From an uncultured Holophagaceae bacterium (GTDB lineage Bacteria; Acidobacteriota; Holophagae; Holophagales; Holophagaceae), in the NCBI GenBank assembly GCA_903884655.1, contig CAISFO010000017.1:21149-85148 (forward strand): a stretch of DNA of 64,000 nucleotides. Reading direction: 5' to 3'. This document shows, one piece after another, positions 52,860 to 61,395 of this stretch (its first letter is position 1; each line of letters starts with the position of its first letter). The notes beneath the pieces were generated by a model. That model was not told the origin of the DNA. It saw nothing but the letters and a program-made list of their open reading frames with translations, and searched no databases. The position numbers and the translations under genes are program-made.

Positions 52860-53651
52860 CTAGGACCGCTTCAGGTTGTTCACGAGGCTGAGCATGGTGT
52901 CCACGGTCTGGATGGTCTTCGAGTTCGCCTCATAGGCCCGCTGGCCGATGATCATGTTGACCATCTCTTCGGCCACGTCCACGTTGGAGACCTCAAGGGA
53001 ACCCTGGTTGATGGTGCCCAGTCCGTCCGTCCCGGGAACGCCATCGAGGGCATCGCCGCTGGCCAACGTGGGCTGCAGCAGGTTCTTGCCCAGCTGGTTG
53101 AGGCCCGAGGGGTTGATGAAGTGGGAAATGGTGATCTGGCCCACGGTCTGGGGCTGGGTCTGTCCTGTCTGCGTGACGCTCACCGTGCCATCCGGGGCGA
53201 TGGTCGAGCTGAGGGTGTCCTGCGGGATCGTGATCTGGGGGTCCAGCAGGTACCCCGCGGAGTTCACCAGGGCTCCATTCTGGTCCGTGGTGAAGCTGCC
53301 ATCGCGGGTGTAGGCCAGGGTTCCATCCGGCAGGGTGACGCGGAAGAAGCCATCGCCCTCGATGGCCATGTCAAAACGGTTCCCCGTCTGCTGCAGGTTG
53401 CCACTGGTGTACTGGTGCTGGAGGCTCTGCAGCTTGGCGCCATGTCCCATCTGGATGCCCGAGGGAATGGTGGTGCTGTTGCTGGAGCCCGTGCCCGCAA
53501 GGTTCACCGTCTGGTAGAGCAGATCCTGGAACTGGGCCTTGGCCTTCTTGAACCCGGTGGTATTCACGTTCGCCAGGTTGTTGGAGATGGTGTCCATGTT
53601 GAGCTGCTGGACGTTCATGCCAGCCGCCGCGGACCACATTGCACGCATCAT
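52860..53651 (-). CDS. flgG: Flagellar basal-body rod protein FlgG
   Basis: The N-terminus is MWSAAAGMNVQQLNMDTISNNLANVNTTGFKK and the C-terminus is GSLEVSNVDVAEEMVNMIIGQRAYEANSK. Confidence 0.93.
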   Translation of the reverse strand: MMRAMWSAAAGMNVQQLNMDTISNNLANVNTTGFKKAKAQFQDLLYQTVNLAGTGSSNSTTIPSGIQMGHGAKLQSLQHQYTSGNLQQTGNRFDMAIEGDGFFRVTLPDGTLAYTRDGSFTTDQNGALVNSAGYLLDPQITIPQDTLSSTIAPDGTVSVTQTGQTQPQTVGQITISHFINPSGLNQLGKNLLQPTLASGDALDGVPGTDGLGTINQGSLEVSNVDVAEEMVNMIIGQRAYEANSKTIQTVDTMLSLVNNLKRS

Positions 53652-53686
53652 GAGAACCTCCTTGTCACTGCCAGAAAAATAGAGAG

Positions 53687-54430
53687 CTAGCGGCTGATGG
53701 CCACATCGTTGATGGAACGGGAATCGAGATCGTTGGTGAGGGTGGAAGCCACCTTCAGGCTCATCTCGTAGAGCCGGTTCAGGCGGATCATCTCAACCAT
53801 GGTCGAGGCCGAATCCACGGCACTCTGTTCCAGATGGCCCTGAGTGATGCTGGCCTTTACCGGGGCCTCGGTGGCGCCGGTGGGATCGAAGCGCAACGCG
53901 CCCGTTCGCTTGAGAGAACCAGCCTTTTCATACGCCTTCAAGTCCAGCTGGCCCAAGGCCTGGTCCTTCTGGGAGACCGTGCCATCCGGAGCCACCGAGA
54001 CATTCCCGTTCTTGGGATCCACCTTGATGGGCTGGCCATTTTTGCCGACTAGCGGGCTGCCATCCATGGCCTGGAGCTGGCCGTCCACTCCCATCTGGAG
54101 GCGGCCGTCGCGGGTGACCCGGTCTCCGGCCGGGGTCCGGACCACCAGAAAGGCATTGCCTTCCACGGCCAGGTCCAGAGGCCGTCCCGTGGCTTTCAAG
54201 GCGCCTTGTTCGGTGACCACGCCGGTCTCAGCGAACACCACCCCATCATTGAGGTACCCGGTCAGAGGGAGCTTCCGACCACTGCCAGCAGCCTTGTTGA
54301 AGACGGCGAAAAAGGGCATGTCCGGCTTGTAGCCCACGGTCGCCGCGTTGGCCAGGTTGTTCGCCACCACTTCCAGTTGGAAGGCACGGGCTTTCAAACT
54401 GCCAGCAGAAACATAGTAGCCAGGATCCAT
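53687..54430 (-). CDS. flgF: Flagellar basal-body rod protein FlgF
   Basis: It has LEVVANNLANAATVGYK and the C-terminal GHLEQSAVDSASTMVEMIRLNRLYEMSLK. Confidence 0.88.
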   Translation of the reverse strand: MDPGYYVSAGSLKARAFQLEVVANNLANAATVGYKPDMPFFAVFNKAAGSGRKLPLTGYLNDGVVFAETGVVTEQGALKATGRPLDLAVEGNAFLVVRTPAGDRVTRDGRLQMGVDGQLQAMDGSPLVGKNGQPIKVDPKNGNVSVAPDGTVSQKDQALGQLDLKAYEKAGSLKRTGALRFDPTGATEAPVKASITQGHLEQSAVDSASTMVEMIRLNRLYEMSLKVASTLTNDLDSRSINDVAISR

Positions 54431-54536
54431 TGGGCACCTCTCGCCCAGCCAGCAGCCGGGACAAAAGGACTACCGCCAAAGGAGTGCCAAAAAAGCCCCG
54501 GGGGTATGTGAGCAGCGCGGGGCCACCGGACAACAT

Positions 54537-54565
54537 AAAATCGGCCCCCCGGTTGGGAGGCCGAT
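54537..54565 (-). terminator. Rho-independent terminator after cspA
   Basis: On the minus strand: stem ATCGGCC, a loop, stem GGCCGAT, followed by TTTT. Confidence 0.6.
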
Positions 54566-54582
54566 CAGTTGAACGGTAGGGG

Positions 54583-54786
54583 TCAGATCTTGGTGACGTT
54601 GGTCGCCTGGGGGCCCTTCTGGCCCTGTCCCACGTTGAAGCTGACGCGCTGATTCTCGTCCAGGGTGCGGAAACCCGTGGTCTCGATCGCGGAATGATGA
54701 ACGAAAAGATCGGCACCACCCTCATCGGGGGTGATGAATCCGAAACCCTTTTCGGCGTTGAACCACTTGACGGTGCCTTGAGCCAT
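54583..54786 (-). CDS. cspA: Cold-shock protein (CspA family)
   Basis: The 67-aa product is [34 protein letters not shown], carrying the RNP1 and RNP2 motifs. The upstream part of the track ORF is 5' UTR. Confidence 0.95.
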   Translation of the reverse strand: MAQGTVKWFNAEKGFGFITPDEGGADLFVHHSAIETTGFRTLDENQRVSFNVGQGQKGPQATNVTKI

Positions 54787-54982
54787 GATTTTTCCTGCTT
54801 TCTTCGTCCTGGATATGAATGCGATGTCCCTTCCAGGCGAGGCAGCAGCGCTTTTTTCTGCCCGCACAACAGACGGGCAACTGCCAGTGTAGGATCTTTC
54901 GCTCCCTGATTTTCAAAAAATCGATGGCAGCCGACAAATAATGGAGCCAGGATCCATGAAATCTCGGCCCGTCGGCGCAAAC

Positions 54983-55909
54983 TCAGTGGAATAAGTGCTT
55001 TTTCAGCAGCAGCCCCACAGCCCCCTGGACTCGAGCCTGCTGAGCGGAGGTCGTCACGGAGAGGAACAGTTCCAGGAAGTTGGGGTGGGTGACCCCGCTT
55101 TCAATGAAACTGTGGCGCTTCGCCTTCAGCAAGCCTACCAGGATCTCCTGCCGCTCCTGGTCGGTGAAGGTGCGATCCAGGTGCCTCCCAAGGTTCGCAA
55201 AATCGAGAATCACCTGCTGTTCCAGGAGGCCATCGATGGCGGCCAGCAGCCAGATGAAGTCCTCAATGGCCTCCTCCCGCTCCTTGGCGGTCATGTCCCT
55301 GAAAAGGCGGATGGCCTCCAGGTGATCGAGACGCGCATGCTGGGCTTCCTCCATCCAGTGGCAACGGAAGATCTCCCGAGTCAGGGGATCCAGTTCATCG
55401 CAGTGGTTCATGGAACTGACATAATGGTGCTGGGTGAACCACTCGATGGCTGCGGTCAGGAGCAGCACCGCCCCCCGGTTCTTGCTGAGGACCGCATGGG
55501 CCACCTCGCTCTGCCCGTCGATGAGTTCCAGCGGGAAGCCGAGCTTCCCGTCCACGCGCCGACCAACCTCCCTGAACAGGTGCATGTGCTTGACTTCTTC
55601 TGAAGCAAAGTTCGTCAAGGCCTCGAAGGCCTGTGGGTTCTGTCCATCCGAGTCCAGGGCCAAGTCCACCATCAGCGGGGCAATGAAGGTCTCCACAAAC
55701 CCGAACAGATGGGCATAGGCCCCCATCTCCACCTGGGTCAGCTTCCGTTTTTCCTCTGGATTCAGGCAGAAGATGCCTCCTCCCCCCGAGAGCGCCGGGG
55801 GAAGCCAAGGCCGGGCGAGGTCAAAGTCCACGGTCCCAAACACATCCTTGATCTTCCAGTTGACCCGGTAGGCCTGCTCAATGCATCCGCCATAGGAATA
55901 GGTGGCCAT
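54983..55909 (-). CDS. Ferritin-like diiron oxygenase family protein (AurF-like)
   Basis: Two E-x-x-H motifs sit in helical context (ASEEVKHMHLF; WMEEAQHARLDH), with additional Glu/His candidates (QVEMGAYAHLFGFVE, FTQHH). The pattern resembles diiron N-oxygenase/desaturase-like proteins. Confidence 0.6.
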   Translation of the reverse strand: MATYSYGGCIEQAYRVNWKIKDVFGTVDFDLARPWLPPALSGGGGIFCLNPEEKRKLTQVEMGAYAHLFGFVETFIAPLMVDLALDSDGQNPQAFEALTNFASEEVKHMHLFREVGRRVDGKLGFPLELIDGQSEVAHAVLSKNRGAVLLLTAAIEWFTQHHYVSSMNHCDELDPLTREIFRCHWMEEAQHARLDHLEAIRLFRDMTAKEREEAIEDFIWLLAAIDGLLEQQVILDFANLGRHLDRTFTDQERQEILVGLLKAKRHSFIESGVTHPNFLELFLSVTTSAQQARVQGAVGLLLKKHLFH

Positions 55910-56023
55910 GCCAACACCTCCGCACCAAATTCCTCTGAGAATCCTGCGATCAGCATCTGAATATGAGTCTCAATTCTCGACTCGTCAATTAACAGAATAC
56001 CCGAAAGGTCTTGAAAGTTCCGA

Positions 56024-56821
56024 TCAGAGGTAGGACCTGGCCCCAAGGAAAGCCCTCTTGTAATACCGCTCAGAGAGGTCGTCCTGACGGATGCGTTGGC
56101 CGGACCGGGGAGCATGGATGAAAGCACCTTGCCCCAGGTACAAGCCCACATGGCTGACGCGCCCACCCCCCTTCGTCGCGAAGAAGAGCAGATCCCCCGC
56201 CCTGGCTTGGTCGACATCCACCGGACTGCCCGCCTCGAACTGAGCCAGGGAGGACCGAGGCAACCTCAGTCCATTCAACCTGTAGACGGCACCGGTGAGG
56301 CCACTGCAATCGAAGCCACGCTCAGTGGTGCCGCCGAACAGGTAGGGAACCCCCAGGTAGCCCCGGGCGGACTCCACCAGGCTGGCCCGCAAGCCCCGTT
56401 CATCGGAGGGGCGGATGCGGACTGATCCGGGGGCCGCGGGGGCTGATCCGTCTGGAGCCACAACCCAAAAGGCATCGATCACGCCTGCTGCCTTCAGCGC
56501 CTCGCCCCGGGCCCGGGCCTTCTCCTTGGTGGTGAAGTCCCCGAAGCGCACCCGGTAGAGGCCGTCCCCTGAGCCGTAGTAGGCAGCCTCCAGGCCCTGG
56601 GCCTGCAAGGCTTCTGAGAACCGGGCCGCGTTCTCCACCTTCGCGAAGGCCCCGGCTTGCAACGTGAAGCCAAGGCGCGGGAGGGGGCTTGCTGACCGCA
56701 GCTCCACGGAAGTGCGTGGCGGCAGAGATCGCGGAGCCTTTGAACAGGCCGTGGCCAGAAGCAACCCCGTCGCCATGACGAGAACCAACTTGGCGCAGGA
56801 TTCGACCTTGGTGAGGAACAT
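56024..56821 (-). CDS. Lipoprotein with SPOR domain and NlpC/P60 peptidase domain
   Basis: It has a lipobox-like LLLATAC, a SPOR-like region (FTLQAGAFAKVENAARFSEAL...YRVRFGDFTTKEKA) and an NlpC/P60 domain (YLGVPYLFGGTTERGFDCSGL...SHVGLYLGQGAFIHA). Confidence 0.85.
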   Translation of the reverse strand: MFLTKVESCAKLVLVMATGLLLATACSKAPRSLPPRTSVELRSASPLPRLGFTLQAGAFAKVENAARFSEALQAQGLEAAYYGSGDGLYRVRFGDFTTKEKARARGEALKAAGVIDAFWVVAPDGSAPAAPGSVRIRPSDERGLRASLVESARGYLGVPYLFGGTTERGFDCSGLTGAVYRLNGLRLPRSSLAQFEAGSPVDVDQARAGDLLFFATKGGGRVSHVGLYLGQGAFIHAPRSGQRIRQDDLSERYYKRAFLGARSYL

Positions 56822-56929
56822 GCAGAGATCCTAGCAAGGGGAGACTCGCGGAACCGGCTTACCCGCGCACCATGTGTCTCAATCCAGACACCCGGTCACG
56901 TTCAATGAGCAGGGGGTCCTCGCGTTGGC

Positions 56930-57658
56930 CTAATCCTTCACGAACGGACTGAAGTTGGTCCCCTCGTCGAATACATCCACGCCTTCGGCTTTCTTGAGGC
57001 CGTTTACCACCAGATAGGTGAGCGGCGTCACGGCGGCCTCGTAGATCACTTTGGCCAGGTAGCCCGAACCCGCCATGATCAGGATCGTCTTGACCGGCAG
57101 GGTGCCCGCGAAAAGACCAAAGGACACGATGAGGCTGTCCACCGCCTGCCCCGCCACCGTGGAACCGATGGTGCGCGTCCAGAGCAGGCGCCCCCTGGTC
57201 CACAGTTTCATCTTGGCCATCACGTAGCTGTTGACGAACTCGCCCACCCAGAACGCCGCCAGGCTCGCCACAATGCCTCGGGCAGCGGTGGTGAAGACGA
57301 TTTCGAAGGCTCGCTGGTGGTCCGCGGGCCAGCCGGGTGCCGGGGGGATCCAGACCATGAAGAGACCCATGGCCCCCATGAGCAGGCTGGCGAAGAAGCC
57401 CAGCCAGATGGCCCGGCGGCTGGCGCCATAGCCGTAGACCTCCGTGAACACGTCCCCGAAGATGTAGGTGATGGGGAAGAGCAGTTGGGCGCCACTGAAG
57501 ATGAAGGGCCCGATGGCCGTGGGCTTCTGCCCCACCAGGTTGCTGATGAGCAGCACGACGACGAAGGCGTGAGCCATCAGTTCATACCATTTGAACCGGG
57601 CTAGGGCATGGTCTTTGGCCTGGATGCGGGGCAGTTGGATTCGCATGGTGCCCATCAT
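56930..57658 (-). CDS. yhhQ: Queuosine precursor transporter (YhhQ/VUT family)
   Basis: FVVVLLISNLVGQK...LLFPITYIFGDVFTEVYGYGASRR is the VUT/DUF165 signature. The start is uncertain, lying between 57646 and 57700. Confidence 0.85.
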   Translation of the reverse strand: MMGTMRIQLPRIQAKDHALARFKWYELMAHAFVVVLLISNLVGQKPTAIGPFIFSGAQLLFPITYIFGDVFTEVYGYGASRRAIWLGFFASLLMGAMGLFMVWIPPAPGWPADHQRAFEIVFTTAARGIVASLAAFWVGEFVNSYVMAKMKLWTRGRLLWTRTIGSTVAGQAVDSLIVSFGLFAGTLPVKTILIMAGSGYLAKVIYEAAVTPLTYLVVNGLKKAEGVDVFDEGTNFSPFVKD

Positions 57659-57710
57659 GGCCGCAGGGCGCAGCAGGAGGAAAGCACTGCCTTCGGGCAA
57701 AGGTTGGACA

Positions 57711-60650
57711 TCATGTCACCTCCAGCACCGCCAGCCCGTCCTGCCGGGTGGATCTGCCACTGACACAGACGATCTCCCCCACGCGGAAGGGGCGCTGGCG
57801 CTTGCGGATGGCGTCGGGGAAGGCCACGGCCTCGCAGAGGCCGGTCTCGTCCTCGAAGGTGATGAACTGCATGCGCTCGCCCTTTTCGGTGGCCACATCC
57901 TTGTCCGCCACCACGAGGGCCCAGAATTTGAGGTGCTTGTTCGGAGTCACCACCTCCGCGGCCCGGTGGGGCCCGCTGCCCTTCCGCACCCGGGCCAGGG
58001 CCGCGGGGTGCAGGTCGAGGGTCAGGCCCATGGTGGCCATCTCCAGGTCGGCGCGGTCGAAGAGGTCCGTGGGGCGCGGGCGCACGCCGGCGGGCACGCC
58101 GCCCAGGCGCGCCCACATGAGGCGCGTGCGGTCGCCGTCCGGGGCCCAGCGGTCGAAGGTCCCGGCGGCGCAGAGCGCCTCCGCCGTGGTGACGCTGAGC
58201 TTCACCCGGCCCAGCAGGTCGTCCAGGTGCGCGAAGGGGCCTTGCTTGTCGCGTTCCTCCAGCAGCGCGCGGACCTCCTTCTCCTGGGCGCCGTGCACCT
58301 GCATGAGGCCCACCCGCACGGCCTGCTCGCCCTCGGCGCTGAAGGGCCACAGGGATTCATTCGCATCGGGGCCGCGCACGACGAGGCGGTGGCGCCGCGC
58401 ATCGCCCAGATAGGCGATGGCGGGGTAGTAGCCGCCCTGGTTGGTGATCACCGACGCGAAGAAGATGGCCGGATGGTGGGTCTTGATCCAGGCGCTCTCG
58501 AAGCTCACCTGGGCGTAGCTCGCCGAGTGGGGCTTGCAGAAGGAGTAGCCCGTGAAGGTGCGGATCATGTCCCAGGCCTCGTCCACGGTGGCCTGCCGCA
58601 CGCCGCGGGCCGCGGCGCCGCTGCGGAAGCGGGCCTCGAAGAAGGGCAGCTTGGCCTCGCAGTCGGGCTTGCCCAGCAGCTTGCGCAGCTGGTCGGCCTC
58701 GAAGTGGCTCCAGCCCGCCAGCGCCACGCAGACCTTGAGGACATCCTCCTGGTAGACCAGCACGCCGAAGCTTTCGGAGAGCAGCTCGCTGAAGACGGGA
58801 TCACTGGGCTCCCAGGCCTCCTCGCCCCGGGAGCGCTTCACGTAGCGGTCCACCCAGCGGTAGGCGGCGGGGCGGATGAGGCTGCTGTGGATCACCAGGG
58901 TCTCGAAGTCCCCCTTCCCCACCCGCTGCTGGAGCTGACGCGTGGCGGGGCTCTCGACGTAGAAGACGCCGATGCTGTCGCCGCGCTTCAGCAGGTCCTG
59001 GGTGGCGGGGTCGTGGCGGGAGTGGGTGCCGGGATCCCGGGGCACGCGGTCCCCCAGGATGTTGTAGGCATCGCGGATGACGGCGAGGCTGCGGTTGCCC
59101 AGCAGGTCGATCTTCACCAGCCCGTAGTTCTCCACGCCGTCCTTGTCCCAGGTGGTGGTGGACACGCTCTCCTTCGCGGGCGCGGGCTGGAAGGCCGCGT
59201 GCTCCCACAGGGGCCCGGGCGTGACGATGGTGCCGCCGGGGTGCACGGAGAACTGGTGGAAGTGCCCCTTCAGGGCCAGGGCCTGGCGCAGGATCGTGTC
59301 CCAGGCGGGATTCTCCGAGGCCCGCTCCAGGCCCCCCTCCCAGCCGCGCACGAAGCGGGCCAGCTGCTTCAGCTCGCTGTCGGGGCGCCCGTGGGCCTGG
59401 GCCACGGCCCGCAGCGCGCCCTTGGCCTTGAAGAAGGCGTGGTTGGACACCATGGCCACCCGGGCCCGGCCGTAGCGCTCGAAGACCGCCTGGATGACCT
59501 TGTCGCGCTCGTCCCAGGCGAAGTCGATGTCCATGTCCGGCGGATCCTTCCGCTCCTTCGTGAGGAAGCGCTCGAACATGAGGTTGGTGTCCACGGGATC
59601 CACATTGCTGAGGTGCAGGGCGTAGCTCACCAGGGAAGCGGCGCCGCTGCCCCGGCCGCAGATGCGCGTGGGCAGGCCCTCGCGGCTGAGGGCCAGCACG
59701 ATGTCCTGCACCAGCAGGAAGTAGCGGGCGAAGCCCTTGAAGGCGATGAGCGCCAGCTCCTGCTCCATGCGGGCCAGCAGCTCGCCCCGCAGCACCGGGA
59801 ACCGCGCCCGCACGCCCGACCACACCCGCTCCCGCAGGAGCTCGTCGAGGTCGGCGTCGTCCTCGCGCGGCGGGTGGCCGAAGGGCCGCGCCACCTCCCA
59901 CTTCCCCCAGTGGATCTGCCAGCCCGCGACGCGCTCCAGCACCGCGGCCGTGGCCCTTTCCACGGCGGGATCGCAGGAGGGGAAGCGGGCCTCCCAGTCC
60001 GCCCGCGGCACGGCGGCTTCGCTGGCATCCCACAGGGCTTCGGTGCGCACGAGGGTCGACTGCCGGGCGATGGCCCGCTTGAGCCGGTGCATCTCCAGGC
60101 CCTCGGCGGTGCGGAAGCGCAGCACCTGGGGCGCCACCACGGGAAGGCCCGCCGCCAGGGCCTTGCGAGCCTCCTGGGCGCGCCGGGGATGGGCCAGCAG
60201 GGCGGCGTAGAGGCCCTCCCGCAGCAGGGCGTCCAGGCCCCCCAGGTCGTCGGCCAGCAGCACGCAGTCCGCGGGCGGCTCCGCCTCGCCGAGGCCGGGA
60301 ATGGTGATGGGCGGATCGTGGTCGGCGTGGGCCTGGGCCGTGAGCAGGCGGTTGAGGGCCGCGTAGCCTGTGTCACTGAAGGGCAGCGCACCGACCTCGT
60401 GGCCCCGCCAGGTGAAGCGGCAGCCCAGGTGGAGGCGGAAGCCCGCCCAGCGCGGGTCCGGCGGCAGGCCCTCCAGCTCCCGGGACCTGTGGATCCACTC
60501 CAGGCTGTCCCGCAGCTTCGGGTAGCCCGCCAGGCCCCGGTCCCAGCAGACCAGGTCCCGGTAGCCCAGGCCCCGGGCCAGCCGCAGCAGCTGGGCCGCC
60601 GGGTAGACGCCTTCACCAAGGCTGAAATCGGAGATGCCGAGGGCGAACAT
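57711..60650 (-). CDS. dnaE2: Error-prone DNA polymerase (DnaE2/ImuC)
   Basis: The 979-aa product has a Pol III alpha core (GRGSGAASLVSYALHLSNVDPV, PDMDIDF, GLVKIDLLGNRSL, FCKPHSASYA). It lacks the tau/beta C-terminal extensions and lies downstream of imuB. Confidence 0.92.
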   Translation of the reverse strand: MFALGISDFSLGEGVYPAAQLLRLARGLGYRDLVCWDRGLAGYPKLRDSLEWIHRSRELEGLPPDPRWAGFRLHLGCRFTWRGHEVGALPFSDTGYAALNRLLTAQAHADHDPPITIPGLGEAEPPADCVLLADDLGGLDALLREGLYAALLAHPRRAQEARKALAAGLPVVAPQVLRFRTAEGLEMHRLKRAIARQSTLVRTEALWDASEAAVPRADWEARFPSCDPAVERATAAVLERVAGWQIHWGKWEVARPFGHPPREDDADLDELLRERVWSGVRARFPVLRGELLARMEQELALIAFKGFARYFLLVQDIVLALSREGLPTRICGRGSGAASLVSYALHLSNVDPVDTNLMFERFLTKERKDPPDMDIDFAWDERDKVIQAVFERYGRARVAMVSNHAFFKAKGALRAVAQAHGRPDSELKQLARFVRGWEGGLERASENPAWDTILRQALALKGHFHQFSVHPGGTIVTPGPLWEHAAFQPAPAKESVSTTTWDKDGVENYGLVKIDLLGNRSLAVIRDAYNILGDRVPRDPGTHSRHDPATQDLLKRGDSIGVFYVESPATRQLQQRVGKGDFETLVIHSSLIRPAAYRWVDRYVKRSRGEEAWEPSDPVFSELLSESFGVLVYQEDVLKVCVALAGWSHFEADQLRKLLGKPDCEAKLPFFEARFRSGAAARGVRQATVDEAWDMIRTFTGYSFCKPHSASYAQVSFESAWIKTHHPAIFFASVITNQGGYYPAIAYLGDARRHRLVVRGPDANESLWPFSAEGEQAVRVGLMQVHGAQEKEVRALLEERDKQGPFAHLDDLLGRVKLSVTTAEALCAAGTFDRWAPDGDRTRLMWARLGGVPAGVRPRPTDLFDRADLEMATMGLTLDLHPAALARVRKGSGPHRAAEVVTPNKHLKFWALVVADKDVATEKGERMQFITFEDETGLCEAVAFPDAIRKRQRPFRVGEIVCVSGRSTRQDGLAVLEVT

Positions 60651-60719
60651 GGGGAATCAATCGGAGGCTGCTCGCGGTCGCCTGCGGCGATCGCGAGACG
60701 GAACAACAGGGCGGTGATC

Positions 60720-61175
60720 TTAGGGTTGCCAGTCGCTGGGCAGGCCGCAGGCCTCGAGAACGGCGCGGAGGTAGGGGGTTCCAATGCGCAGGGCGCCCCG
60801 TTCGGCCAGGCTCACCAAGGCCTGGGAGCGGCCCATCCGTTCAGCGAGTTGAGTCTGGGTGAGACCCGCTTGGCGGCGGGCCGCGCGCAGATGCGGAGCC
60901 AGGACCTTGGCCCGGGCATCCGCTGCTGGCGCGCGGCGGCCCTCCAGCAGCCCCTGGATGGATAGATCCTCGTCCAGGCGGGGCCAGTGGATGCCGGTGC
61001 CGCGTCCGGTGAAGCGCCAGTCGGCGAGATCTCCGGCGGGGGCCGCCGCCAGCCTCGGGAAAAAGGCTAGCGGACAGGCCAGCTCCCGGCCGTCCTGGAG
61101 TTGGACGACCAGGCGCCCCCGCTCGAACCAGAGGTGCGCGGCGCGGGGAGGCTCAGGGTTCGCCAAAGTGCTCAT
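60720..61175 (-). CDS. DUF2442-like domain fused to XRE-family helix-turn-helix
   Basis: The N-terminal half (VVQLQDGRELACPLAFFPRLAAA...DWRFTGRGTGIHWPRLDEDLSIQGLL) matches the DUF2442 pattern. The C-terminal half has LRAARRQAGLTQTQLAERMGRSQALVSLAERG, an XRE HTH. The gene overlaps the DUF4160 gene by 23 nt. Confidence 0.75.
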   Translation of the reverse strand: MSTLANPEPPRAAHLWFERGRLVVQLQDGRELACPLAFFPRLAAAPAGDLADWRFTGRGTGIHWPRLDEDLSIQGLLEGRRAPAADARAKVLAPHLRAARRQAGLTQTQLAERMGRSQALVSLAERGALRIGTPYLRAVLEACGLPSDWQP

Positions 61176-61395
61176 GCCAGGCCTCGATGAAGCTCTCTCG
61201 ATGGGTCACGACGATGCCCGCCACCCGCTGGAGGTCCCGGGGCGTAAGGCCTCCCGGGTCCGCGACGGCGCCATCGTGCAGCCAGATTTTGGCGATGGCG
61301 TCGTCGCGCTCGACATGGACATGGGGCGGCTCGCGGGGTTTGTGGCTGTAGAAGAAGAACCGGTAGGGCCCTTCCCGGTGAATGGTGGGGGTCAT
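61153..61395 (-). CDS. DUF4160 domain protein
   Basis: The 80-aa product has YRFFFYSHKPREPPHVHVERDDAIAKIWL, the hallmark DUF4160 motif. Its start overlaps the imuB stop by 4 nt. Confidence 0.75.
   Translation of the reverse strand: MTPTIHREGPYRFFFYSHKPREPPHVHVERDDAIAKIWLHDGAVADPGGLTPRDLQRVAGIVVTHRESFIEAWHEHFGEP

Noticed and set aside
57659-57710. A possible preQ1 riboswitch upstream of the yhhQ-type queuosine precursor transporter.
   Set aside because: The dnaE2 stop is at 57711 and candidate yhhQ starts lie at 57646..57700. That leaves at most about 50-65 nt, and I saw no recognisable preQ1 aptamer sequence. yhhQ appears co-transcribed with dnaE2.
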